Below the pieces are notes generated by a model. That model saw only the letters and a list, made by a program, of their open reading frames with translations. It had not been told where the DNA came from and did not search any database. This document shows positions 42,872 to 54,964 of a stretch of DNA of 64,000 nt, piece by piece (position 1 is the first letter of the stretch; each line of letters begins with the position of its first letter). Source of the DNA: Octopus bimaculoides (taxonomy: Eukaryota); the NCBI RefSeq assembly GCF_001194135.2, contig NC_068982.1:132079325-132143324 (forward strand), in the 5' to 3' direction. The position numbers were made by a program, and so were the translations under genes.

Positions 42872-42965
42872 AGCGAGTTAGAGAATGTTTATGGAATAGA
42901 CGTTGTTATGGGGGTGGGGATCGACTATCATTCTTTTTTTCCAAGCTAAATAATCTTTTCTTCTT

Positions 42966-43614
42966 GTCGCACAAGGCCAATTATTACATCGATCTCAGTA
43001 CTCAATTCGTATTTAGTTTATCGACTCTGAAGGAATGAAAAGCAAAGTCGAACTCGGCGGAATTTGAACTCAAAACACAAAGACAGACCAAATGCCGTAA
43101 AGCATTCCGTCCGGCGTTTTAATGACTTTTCCAGTTCATCAACTTTACGTTAGATAATCCTTTCTACTATAGGCACAAGACATAACATTTGCGGGGAGAG
43201 GGTAAATCGATCATATCGATCCCAGTACTAAACTGGTACTTAATTCATCGACCCCGAAAATATGAAAAGTAAAGCCAACCTCGGCGGAATTTGAACTCAG
43301 CACGTAAAGACGGGTGAAATACCGCTAAGCATTTTGCCCGGCGTGCTAAACATTCTGCCAACTCGCCCCCTGACTTTATGCTAAATAACGAAAAGAATAA
43401 TATACATCAGTTCACCAGTAATATCGATTCCAAAATTTGGCACATGGCCAGCAAGAGGAGAAGGATAAGTCGATTACATTGATACCATTGATTAACTGGT
43501 AGTTATTTTATCGACCCTGAAAGGATGAAAGGCAAAGTCGACTTCAGCAGAAATCGAGTGTAAATGCCGGTAAGCATTTTCCCGGCATGCTAACGATTCT
43601 GCCAGTTGCTGCCT
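42966..43614 (-). mobile_element. Three consecutive SINE family 2 copies (about 42966-43142, 43160-43370, 43425-43614)
   Basis: Each carries the cgac..gaa..gatgaaa.gcaaagtcga core and the aagcatt..ccggc..ctaac.attctgcca head. Confidence 0.9.
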
Positions 43615-43660
43615 TAATTTCACCGGTAATATCAAAGCATTGAATAGCACAACATTGATA

Positions 43661-43772
43661 GAGTGTCAGACAATAATCTAATGTGTCAGACAATTATATT
43701 TAGTTATGTCAGACAATTAGTCAGACAAATATATTTAGTTATGTCAGAGTGTCAGACAATTATATTTAGTTA
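43661..43772 (+). repeat. Irregular minisatellite with five GTCAGACAA copies
   Basis: Units TGTCAGACAATTATATTTAGTTA interspersed with shorter derivatives. Confidence 0.85.
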
Positions 43773-44052
43773 TATACCTTTCCAATTTAGGGTTAAACCT
43801 GTCCAAACTGTCTTTGATCATTCCGGCCTTGAAATAAAATATCTGTTAAATATGATGGGTGATTTAGACCCTGCTCTAAATTTTGTACCTGTTTGTGTTA
43901 AATGTATTCAAATTTTTAATCTATTCCCAAATCTCTGGTTAACTTTATTTATAGTGTGTGCACATGCGCTCGTGTGTGTGAGTGTGTGTGTGTGTGTGTG
44001 TTAAACTACTGAACAACAATAATCACCAGCATTTCTCTTTTCTTTTCCATAG

Positions 44053-44209
44053 ACGAAAACAAACCGAAAGAACGTGCTCCAAATGGCGTGAAACTTGCCA
44101 GCCTTGGTCCAACAGCAAAAGCAAGTGCTGCGATCCTAGCAGTTTAGTATGCAAGTGCAACCTTTGGATGCAGAATTGCAGATGTGTGAACAAACTTTGG
44201 GGTGGATAA
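44053..44209 (+). CDS. Terminal coding exon: agatoxin-like knottin domain RKQTERTCSKWRETCQPWSNSKSKCCDPSSLVCKCNLWMQNCRCVNKLWGG*
   Basis: Strong acceptor (catttctctttcttttccatAG). Cys framework C-x6-C-x9-CC-x6-C-x-C-x6-C-x-C. The CxCNLWxxNCRC motif is characteristic of agatoxin-like peptides. C-terminal Gly, stop TAA at 44207-44209. Confidence 0.9.
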
Positions 44210-44356
44210 AATATTCATTTACCGAACAGTTCGACATGAAGAGCTAAATATACCGGAAGAAATATAGTAGTAATTTTGCAAATCTATTTTAGTAAAGTAG
44301 TATCTCAGCTACTAATTTTCTTCAAAATGATCTCCGAATTATTTCACTTAATTTTA

Positions 44357-44362
44357 AATAAA
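44357..44362 (+). promoter_or_regulatory. Candidate polyadenylation signal of knottin gene (a second AATAAA lies at 44498-44503)
   Basis: AATAAA about 150 nt after the stop codon. Weak evidence in AT-rich DNA. Confidence 0.35.
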
Positions 44363-45439
44363 ATAATCAATATATTTAAAAACAAACATCAATCTAAACC
44401 TTACCGGATGGGAAAAACTTACGAAGAAGCGATAGAATAATATTTTTCGCATTGTAAACATACATTTGTTAGAAAGATCCTTTGTTGTTTGAAATGCAAT
44501 AAAATGCCTCAAAATATCTTCTGAATGCTATTTTATATGAGTAAAGAAACAAACTCTTGTGTTTTATTAGTCATTATTTGTTTGTTATATATGGATGTTT
44601 AGCTAACACCGCAACTTTAGGAGGTAAGCTTTCGCTGCATCAGAATTGATTTCACTTTAAATATACTCTACCGAAAATGTTTTTAAACTCAGTCTGAGAC
44701 TCATACAACAACATTCTTCATATAGATAAGCCTGAAACCATCTTTCCATGATAGAAGTGTATGCATGTATGTATGTATATATATATATATNNNNNNNNNN
44801 NNNNNNNNNNNNNNNNNNNNNNNNNNNNNNNNNNNNNNNNNNNNNNNNNNNNNNNNNNNNNNNNNNNNNNNNNNNNNNNNNNNNNNNNNNNNNNNNNNNN
44901 NNNNNNNNNNNNNNNNNNNNNNNNNNNNNNNNNNNNNNNNNNNNNNNNNNNNNNNNNNNNNNNNNNNNNNNNNNNNNNNNNNNNNNNNNNNNNNNNNNNN
45001 NNNNNNNNNNNNNNNNNNNNNNNNNNNNNNNNNNNNNNNNNNNNNNNNNNNNNNNNNNNNNNNNNNNNNNNNNNNNNNNNNNNNNNNNNNNNNNNNNNNN
45101 NNNNNNNNNNNNNNNNNNNNNNNNNNNNNNNNNNNNNNNNNNNNNNNNNNNNNNNNNNNNNNNNNNNNNNNNNNNNNNNNNNNNNNNNNNNNNNNNNNNN
45201 NNNNNNNNNNNNNNNNNNNNNNNNNNNNNNNNNNNNNNNNNNNNNNNNNNNNNNNNNNNNNNNNNNNNNNNNNNNNNNNNNNNNNNNNNNNNNNATATAT
45301 ATATATATATATATAAAAATATATATATACATATACATATATATACTTGGAAAAGGTTGCGTGGCGTACGATCATATAATAATATAAATAGTATATAAAT
45401 ATATGCATATATCCATACATATATGTACATACCTACATC

Positions 45440-45920
45440 TATATGTATACATACATGCATATATGGGTACAGGACATCAAAAAAACAAACGTTAAACAAA
45501 ATGAAAAACGAAAACATAGGAAACGAACGTTTTTCGAACAACTAAAAAAACAGAGAAGCGAGACATGCAACATAAAGAGTATACCCCTTCATCAGTTGTC
45601 CCTATTTCATCTACTCCGCGTACGAAGGCAAGGACAATACGCGACTTCGTTGAAACAGTCCTTCCCGCAAAGCAAATTAAATAAAATTTGGGATTTTTTT
45701 GCGGAGGGTGAAAGTGTTAACAAGATCAGAACAGTGAGAACAAGACAGTAAAAACAAACGGTGAGGGCTTTGGAGCCAAGACGATAGAAAAATTATTATG
45801 AACGCTAGGTAGACGAGCCATGAGGAGACAGGAAAAGCACGTCTTTTCTTTAGGAAGGAAGTGGACAGAAAGAACGATCCCCTTTCGTCACGTGTCAGCG
45901 ACGCGTCTTGGCTCACCAGT
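45440..45920 (-). mobile_element. Probable Penelope-like remnant
   Basis: A frameshifted IF.RLGSKA motif (LIFRLGT.xP) on the minus strand, followed by a pyrimidine-rich 3' region containing CTGATGAAG. Confidence 0.35.
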
Positions 45921-46428
45921 AAACCAGTAATACACCAGTAATCAATGACATATCTCTATACGCTATTGAAATGAAATAAAAATATGTCCATATACATGCC
46001 AGTTTAATTGTTACACACTTTAATACGAAGATACTGAGGCCTAATACAGAATGCTCATTTGGTTATGTTCGGAATTCCCTTGCATTGAAATAGGTTTTAG
46101 TAATCAAATCAGAAAGATGAGGATGTTATATATACATCCTTACGGCCTAGCCACTACATGTATAAAATGTTCCTCTCATAGAAATCGGAAAAGTTAATTA
46201 TCTATTGATGGGAATCTCTGATCCCGAAACAGTCAATAACCTAATCCTATTTATGTTGCTAGTACAGATGTTAAGTGGGTGTTGTTTGTCCTTTATAGAG
46301 AACTTTTATTGTTCAGTAATTATAATCATTGCTCGGATTATACGCGAATTATTAATATCATCATCACTATTATTCTTATTCTTATTATCATCATCATCAT
46401 AATCATCATCATCATCACCATCACCATC

Positions 46429-46461
<33 letters not shown>

Positions 46462-46462
46462 C

Positions 46463-46499
<37 letters not shown>

Positions 46500-46524
46500 T
46501 AGTAACAACACTGGTAATAGTAGT

Positions 46525-46740
46525 AAGGCGGTAAACTGGCAGAATCGTTACTGCGCCGGACAAAATGCTTAGCGGCATTTCTTCGGTCTTTAGGTTCTGA
46601 GTTCAAATTACGCCGAGGTTAGTTTTACCTTTAATCCTTTCGGGAGTCGATGAAATAAGTACCAGTTGACCACTGTAGGTCGATGTAAACGATTTACCCG
46701 CTCTTGATCTCGCTGGCCTTGAGCCAAATTTTGAAATCAT
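46525..46740 (+). mobile_element. SINE family 2, full length
   Basis: aaggcggtaaactggcagaatcgtta..ctgagttcaaattacgccgagg..cctttcgggagtcgatgaaataagtaccag. Confidence 0.9.
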
Positions 46741-46749
46741 CATCATGAT

Positions 46750-47045
46750 TATTTTCGTATACACACAACAGCTTAGACTGTTGGAACAGAAAACATCCTA
46801 ACATCGGGCTACAACAAGTAACCTTAGATGCCAAAAACCCTTTTAAGTATCCTAGCTGTCCCTAATAACACTGTTTTCTGGAGCTGTACTAAACTGAGTG
46901 TTATGTCTACTCCCTCTATCCATCTGTTCAAATCTTTAGGGACAGTTCCCAATGCACCTATAACTACTGGGATACATTTTACCTGGACTTTCTATAATCT
47001 CTGTAATTCAATGGCTAGGTCCTGGTACTGTACTATTTATTTTAC
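46750..47045 (-). mobile_element. R4/Dong-type LINE 3' fragment
   Basis: The minus strand encodes QYQDLAIELQRL*KVQVKCIPVVIGALGTVPK..LQKTVLLGTARILKRVFGI*, followed by a short 3'UTR. Confidence 0.85.
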
Positions 47046-47058
47046 AAATACAAAGAAT

Positions 47059-47115
<57 letters not shown>

Positions 47116-47134
47116 CAGCAGCAGCAGCAGCAGT

Positions 47135-47620
47135 AGCTCCTGGGGTTTTGCATGCGTAGCGGGCTTACTACCTGCAGAACTACGGCACCATGTTATTCGG
47201 TCTTTTCAGCTATCTAATACTTTCCTGATTATTCTGGCCTTGCCAAGGAGGCAAACCTTTTGTAACAGTTCTGCTGGGCACTATTCCAATTTCCTTTATT
47301 TTCCTCTTGATGCTTTCTGATACTGTTCCCAAGGACCCAACAATAATTGACACTATCTTCGCCTTCTTCATTTTCCATAGCCGAGCTATTTCGTACTTAA
47401 GCGGGTTCTATCTATTTATCTTTTCGTCTTCCGTCTTGACTATTCATGGGTCAAAGTGGCATGCAACATCAACTATATAGCATATGTGGTGCACCTTGTC
47501 CACCACCACCTAGTCCCGTCTGTTATGCTCAAGCACCTGACCTATTTGGATAGAGAAATCCCAGAGGATTTTGCTAGACTCCGACTCTGCTACTCTCTGC
47601 GGTCTGTGCTCATACCGCGT
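47135..47620 (-). mobile_element. R4/Dong-type LINE 3' fragment (second subfamily)
   Basis: KILWDFSIQ..EHNRRD*VVVDK..CYIVDVACHFD..LKYEIARLWKMKK..IIVGSLGTV, ending at a (CTG)n(CTA)n array on the minus strand. Confidence 0.85.
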
Positions 47621-47748
47621 CCTGCCTCTCTCCGGCCTCCACTTTTCACAGGTTTTTGCTTTGTATTTGTACAAGTAGACTCCACGTCTGACTCAGAGAC
47701 CTCAAGCGACAAGTTAGAAGTTCAAGCTGGTATTATGACTAGGATGCC
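47621..47748 (-). mobile_element. LINE 3'UTR fragment, homologous to 63960-64000
   Basis: The reverse complement gaacttctaacttgtcgcttgaggtctctgag matches gaacttctcacttgttgtctcttgaggtctctggg at the window end. It abuts (TAA)n. Family assignment to R4/Dong is inferred. Confidence 0.55.
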
Positions 47749-47750
47749 AG

Positions 47751-47789
<39 letters not shown>

Positions 47790-49249
47790 ATTATTATTAT
47801 TATTATTATTATTATATGAAACCTCACAGCTTATTTTGCTGAGCCTGATGGAAAGTGTCAGCTGTCCACAGTCAATTCTGTATACTCAATTCTGTATACT
47901 CAAGCAGAATGTTTACATGTTCCCGTCCCTCTTTCCACACCTATCCCTTTATCATAAACACAAGTACAAGATAAGCAGTACGCAGGATAGGAGCTTTGTG
48001 GCTTGTGTTATTGCTGTAAACGCTTCCTAAGTATTGACAAAATGTATGGCATGGAAGATTACTTTGCAAACTGGCAAGTTATGGCATATTTGTAGAGCCT
48101 TTACCGTTGCCAAACCATTCCCAACAGGAAAAAATCTAAAAGATTTTGTGAACGGTAATTCCTTTAATATTTATGAAATCAACAGACATACTTCATGGAC
48201 CAGCTAATAGATGTTTTCAGTAACCTAACAGGCTTGTGCAAATGGTTTATTGTATATATTTCAAAGACCGACATAGTATATTTCTTCTACCATCATGAAG
48301 TTTCTTCTCTTTTGATGAGAGAACTGTTATGAATGAGTCTCCCCGTTTCCAAGACTTAATTTTAAATCTAAGAATCGTAGTTTTTAAATTCACGCCGTTT
48401 TTGAGTTTATGTGCACATTATGTTTGTTGCTAAGATAGCGGATGAAATAATTAGCAAGTTGTGCCTTACAAACATGTTCATAACACTTGAAGCTCTAATA
48501 TATTTCTACGAAGGACAGAGGTGCCTAAATCGGAGTACTCTTCATATATTTGAACAATTTTCTACAGACATGTGCTGAGCACTCATCTTAGAATGCAGAA
48601 TCGAATATGTAATCAGGTTTGAGCTATTTTTACTCCAACCGCTCTGTCATCGATGGAATGTCGGAAGTATAGTCCTTTTCTTTCCTTACTCCCATGAAAG
48701 CTAATCAAATTAGTTTCATTCCTTGGTTCTGCCATCACGAAAATCTCTCATCAGAACTTAGTTTGCTAAATTTAGCGAATCACATACAGCATACATGGAT
48801 ATCTCACAAACACACTGCAAGTTCCAGGCACGATTTTTTTCCGGAACTGTTGAATTGCAGAATAAAGTTTCTAATTGTTTCCTGTAGACTATGATTCTAA
48901 TGTTTTTAAATCTAGGGCTATCAACTACATTACATGGTATTGGAAATTTTACCACCTCATTATATTTCGCTTATTAGCTCATTTATTGTCATCTCATCGT
49001 TGTTTCGTTGCTATCAGTTCTTTTGCTATCTTTATATTGCATTTGAATGAAATACTTTATCAATAATTCTAATGCCATCTTTTATTTACTCTATGTTATC
49101 ATTTTTTTTATTGTCAGCTTTTCTTTTGTATCTTAAATATGCATGTATATATAGAATTCTCGTGACATTCACCTCTTTCCTTTAACCTGCTATCGAGAAC
49201 AGACTTAATAGTTTTATTTGGATATAATGAGAAAAAGAAACATTCTAAC

Positions 49250-50090
49250 AAGATTTGTTTCTTTCTCCTGTCGTTTCGCCAATCGTTTCAACCGCACCTC
49301 TAAGAACAGAGCTTATTATTCACAAAGAACAAGATAGATTGACTGCGTGACTCACTGTATAGAGGAGAGACCGGTCGTCAACTAGTTAATCGATTCAGAA
49401 AACGTCTGTTTTATTAGACGTCCGTCACCAGAATATCAGATCATCTAAAGTTCGCTACTTCAACTTATATACTTCTAAGTAATTCTCCATCTCCTTTATT
49501 ATATTCCACCACGACTCTGGTGTCTCGACTGCAATGAGAACAGAAGATATCGGCATTTGTAACACACATTCACACGATCTGAATAACTGCCTTCCATTCT
49601 TCTAGCCGCCTATACACACAACCACATACGCTTGCATACACACAACACATGCCTTCCAAAAGAAACACATACCCAAATTATCACCAAGCATATATACATA
49701 AACACTATTCATACACAGAGACACACATAAAATACTCACACATAGACATGAACGCGCGCAACTCTAAATATTTACATACACAAACACAAGCATACAATAC
49801 TCCACCCCGCAACCCCAACACTACACTACACTTTTTACGTCTCTTTTAGTCACAGTTTGCTTATTTCCCTACTTCACTTTTCTGCCTGTCAATACACTCC
49901 TCCCCCTCCCCCTCCTATTTCTTCACTTCCTTCTGCACATGATGTGAGCTATTAACAGGAACACGCGGCTTTTACTCCGTTTGTTTTAATCGTTTTTCTT
50001 TTCATCTTTTTCTCATTTAGCATCTTACGCTCTGTTTCTTCTTTAGAGCGGAAAAATAAAAAAGTATTCATTGCGAACGTTATTTTCTTT
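49250..50090 (+). mobile_element. Penelope-like element remnant (GIY-YIG end and 3' region)
   Basis: LYRGETGRQLVNRFRKRL (YIGETGR.L..RF.EH) at about 49355, and HDLNNCLPF (PxGLNxxLPF) at about 49575-49600. Confidence 0.65.
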
Positions 50091-50800
50091 TTGTTGTCTT
50101 TCGTTCTTGAAACCTTTTCGTCCTAAACGGTAAAAGCATTGCCTAATTAGATTGATATCCTAATTACATTAATTTCCATGCCAATTTCATTTCCCACTGT
50201 CATTTGTTTATGGATGGATATTATAAATGTATTTCATCAATAAATAAGTACTTATTTGTAAATAGTACTCTTATTTAATTAGTCAATTAGTCAAATTATT
50301 CAATAAGAAATATATATGGTAAACTGACGAAAGAAAAATAATAATAATTTTCATGGAGTATGATGAGTGCAATTTGAATTGATCGACCAAAAAATCATTG
50401 GCTCATCAAATATCACTGAAGACGCTTGTGTGGGCATTAGATCTTGTTGAAATGTTTTCTACAATAAAGATAGTTTATGGAGAATTAGTTTCTGGAGAAT
50501 GTTTATATATATATGTTGTATGGACATAAGTGCATGCAACGAATTCATGGCAGTTTAAGCAAATGTCATCTATTGCAGCTTGTTGACTAATGCCTTGTCC
50601 GTAGAATTTGGTACTAAAAAATTGCACATGTATATATGTAGCAGATCCCTTATTCAAATTGAAACTGGATTCTTTTCAAAATAAGCTTTTAGTAAACAAC
50701 AAAACAAATATTTTCAAATGACTTCACGAAAAATATAACCAATGGCGCGTAACAACAATACATCAAATTCTTTGAGTGACGTCAGCAAAAACCTGATAAG

Positions 50801-50956
50801 TTATGGCTGTGTGATTAAGAAGTTAGCTTTGAAACCCTGTGGTTTTGAGTTCAATTCCACAGTGAAGCACCTTGAGTGTCTTCTACTGTAACCACAGGCC
50901 GACCAATGCCTTATGAGCAATTTGGTAGGCGGAAACTGTGTGGAAATCCGTCCGTC

Positions 50957-51029
<73 letters not shown>

Positions 51030-51218
51030 TTGGTGCCTCCGTGTTTGTCCCCCATCAACGCTTGAAAACTGATGTTAGTTTGTTCCCATAAAACAGCGGT
51101 TCGGCAAAAGGAATAAGTAAAAGACTTTAATATAATGATGGGACCGATTTCTTTGTGTTGAAAGCGATGCTCCAGAATGGCAGCAATGCAATGAATGAAA
51201 CAACAGACAAAAGAAAAT
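50801..51218 (+). mobile_element. SINE family 1, diverged near-full-length copy
   Basis: Head, internal (TG)n, cagcggttcggcaaaag and tail are collinear with 8639-9042. Confidence 0.85.
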
Positions 51219-51809
51219 GCTAACAGTAATTCTTTGAATCTGATCAAAACAACTCACGAATGCGATAACATTAACACAAATCTTTCCAGTGAGGTTTGTT
51301 GGCAATCGAGAATTAGTGATATAAAACAAACCAAACTCAAACCGGTCAGTCGATCACTGTGTCAATGAGCAGCGAGCTGATTCCGAGAGAGAAGTTATTG
51401 ACAAAGTCAACAGAAGCTGCAAACGAAATTCTCTCTCTATTACTGCCACCACAAGGCCACCAGAACTTCTGCCATGCGAACGAATAATTTCAGCTGATCC
51501 TATTTTAATAATCTGACTGACAGCAAAATATGAACGCTACACTAGCTAACCATTCTAACATTCATCACCACATAGAAAATCTCTTCATGATATTGTGAAA
51601 GCACTCTGTTGATTCTTTCTCTTTTGTGCTACACTGGACCGTCACGTTTGGTTTTACTTTCTAAAGCAACAATGACTCATATTCATTTCCTCACCTCTGC
51701 TTCATACTATTGTAAATAAGTTTTTGGCATTGTGTCCTTTACATCAAAAATGTAACTGATCGATAAACAGACTTGAATAAAATTTCCTGATTTCCATTCA
51801 TCCATTTTG

Positions 51810-52095
51810 CTGTCCATCATTCCTGGGAAGGTCGGGGAAATAAAGTCCTCAGGCATCTCCACCACTGAGTCCTGTCAGAAGCAACCGTCATTGCGCTTTC
51901 CTGCTGATTTCCTAAGTGTGACCAACTGAGGTTACTGATATCATCTACCATCTCGCTCGTAGTATATTCCTAGGGCTTCAGCCGTTTGGCTCGGCTTAAA
52001 AACTCAGTGTTGCGATTCCTTCATGTGACATTCCCATTACATTTCCTTAGTGCTGCAGCCGTGACGTCCCAATGCAGAGATGTAGCGGTTCGACC
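51810..52095 (-). mobile_element. RTE-clade LINE 3' fragment
   Basis: VEPLHLCIGTSRLQH*GNVMGM..DDISNLSWSHLG..VASDRTQWWRCLRTLFPRP resembles the RTE C-terminus (VEPLLL..RSQLRWFGHV.RM..DYIS.LAWERLG..LPPRP). Confidence 0.7.
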
Positions 52096-52454
52096 TGGAT
52101 TAGATTAACCAGATTAAATTAACCAGCAATATAACTGAAATCATTAAACTGGCGCTATTCCATTCTTTTACGCATAGATTTGTCGCTTATTTAGATGAAA
52201 ATATATTATTGTTATGGCCAGAGTGATGACTACTGCTGAACATAAAATATGACCTCCACCAAAAGAAGAGCGTTCCAGGTGAGGCCAATGTATGTTACTT
52301 TTGCTTGTGATATTACATAAACTTCACCATCTTTTTAACAAATTCGTGACCTACAACAGACGAACGTCACAAAATCAACCGAATACATTTTAATAAATGT
52401 AATAAATCATCACCATCGTCATCACCATCTAAAGATTTCTAAATAGCTCCGTTA

Positions 52455-52492
<38 letters not shown>

Positions 52493-53093
52493 ACAACAAC
52501 AACAACATTATCATACGTACTTGTGCAGTGTCCGAGTATTGCTGACTCGTGGAGTAATGTCAAACAGTTGTAAGGCCAATCCGACTCCCGGCTGAATCCA
52601 TCGTGGAGATCGCTCCACCACTTACCTTTAACAAAGCAGGGCAGGCTGCGTAAAGAGATTGTGAGATGGACGAAGCTGAATGGGTTGAGGAAAGAGATCC
52701 TCTTCGATCAAGCTCTCATCGACTGTTTTAAAGTTCCACGTAGAAAGGAAAGTAAAGGTGGAGAGGGAAGAGCTACCCGCAATGAATTGGTGAAAAGATG
52801 CGAGACTGTGGCAAAAATAGTCCAACTCTAATTATACGTCTGTAGATTGGAGAGTAACAGTTGAGAGGTGGCGGGGCTCATGCCTTTATAGTCAAGGGAA
52901 TCTTGGATCTGTGGGGTTCATTGATGGGGTTTCTCCTGTATCAGGACTGCATCATTTATGTTAAACATAGTTTATACATTACGTATAGTTTTATCGCATT
53001 TCACCATCTTTTATGTAAAACCCGGCTCACATTGTTGACTGTCCTCATATCCCACCTCATTTATACACCTGTGGCTAATAAAAGATATTATTA

Positions 53094-53160
<67 letters not shown>

Positions 53161-53491
53161 GCAATAATTCATGAATCAATAGTAATTAATTGGCGAAGGA
53201 TTCGATGGTTATGAGCCATAATAATGGCAACAACAATAGTTTTATATCTTCCGCAAGGACAACTGTACATACATACATACATACATACATACATACATAC
53301 ATANNNNNNNNNNNNNNNNNNNNNNNNNNNNNNNNNNNNNNNNNNNNNNNNNNNNNNNNNNNNNNNNNNNNNNNNNNNNNNNNNNNNNNNNNNNNNNNNN
53401 NNNNNNNNNNNNNNNNNNNNNNNNNNNNNNNNNNNNNNNNNNNNNNNNNNNNNNNNNNNNNNNNNNNNNNNNNNNNNNNNNNNNNNNNNNN

Positions 53492-53584
<93 letters not shown>

Positions 53585-54964
53585 TCTCTCTCTCATATCT
53601 GCGTAAATATATATCTCACAATTAGATTTCTTCCGTTTGTCTAACTGCTCATAAATGTAATAATCTCACTACGACAATACTTGCAGGAAACGCTTAGGCA
53701 TAGATTTCTAAATAGCTCCTTTACAAATATGTGTTGTTTGCAGATGTCATTACGATTTTATAGAAAGCACACACACACACACACACACACAGATTCAAAC
53801 TGGGGATGTTTATCTTTATGGTTTTATGCACAAAATTATTATCTCTATGCTGTATCTGTTGATTACNNNNNNNNNNNNNNNNNNNNNNNNNNNNNNNNNN
53901 NNNNNNNNNNNNNNNNNNNNNNNNNNNNNNNNNNNNNNNNNNNNNNNNNNNNNNNNNNNNNNNNNNNNNNNNNNNNNNNNNNNNNNNNNNNNNNNNNNNN
54001 NNNNNNNNNNNNNNNNNNNNNNNNNNNNNNNNNNNNNNNNNNNNNNNNNNNNNNNNNNNNNNNNNNNNNNNNNNNNNNNNNNNNNNNNNNNNNNNNNNNN
54101 NNNNNNNNNNNNNNNNNNNNNNNNNNNNNNNNNNNNNNNNNNNNNNNNNNNNNNNNNNNNNNNNNNNNNNNNNNNNNNNNNNNNNNNNNNNNNNNNNNNN
54201 NNNNNNNNNNNNNNNNNNNNNNNNNNNNNNNNNNNNNNNNNNNNNNNNNNNNNNNNNNNNNNNNNNNNNNNNNNNNNNNNNNNNNNNNNNNNNNNNNNNN
54301 NNNNNNNNNNNNNNNNNNNNNNNNNNNNNNNNNNNNNNNNNNNNNNNNNNNNNNNNNNNNNNNNNNNNNNNNNNNNNNNNNNNNNNNNNNNNNNNNNNNN
54401 NNNNNNNNNNNNNNNNNNNNNNNNNNNNNNNNNNNNNNNNNNNNNNNNNNNNNNNNNNNNNNNNNNNNNNNNNNNNNNNNNNNNNNNNNNNNNNNNNNNN
54501 NNNNNNNNNNNNNNNNNNNNNATGGAGTTAGTGAGAAGAGAAAAACAAAGGAATCAACAAGACAGGATAAATAGGTTCATAATCAAAATTATTAATTTGA
54601 CACTTGGAGAAATGGGAAGATTTAATTATCAAATTTTCCGAATATAGATGAAGAGCGAAAAGAGAAGAATGGAAGACAAAGAAGAGATCAAAATAAAAAG
54701 GAAATTACCAAGCAAAATAGCCCATACATATAATCTTACATAGTAGCTATTGACTGAACGATCGAACAACCAAATTTGGTACTGAAATACATGCGCGCGC
54801 GCACACACACACAAAAACAAACACACACGCACACACACACACACACATATGCTCGGAAGTTTCATTGCTAAAGGGATGCAAAAGTGGATAACTTTATTAT
54901 CAACTCACATAGGTTGTTCGAAGATCACAAATTGATCGCGCAATTCATCCTCAATGCAAATGTA

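Larger units (their letters stand above)
46340..47135 (+). repeat. Compound trinucleotide arrays (ATC/AGT/AGC at about 46340-46524; AGT/AGC at 47058-47135) flanking SINE and LINE fragments
   Basis: Seen directly in the sequence. Confidence 0.9.
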
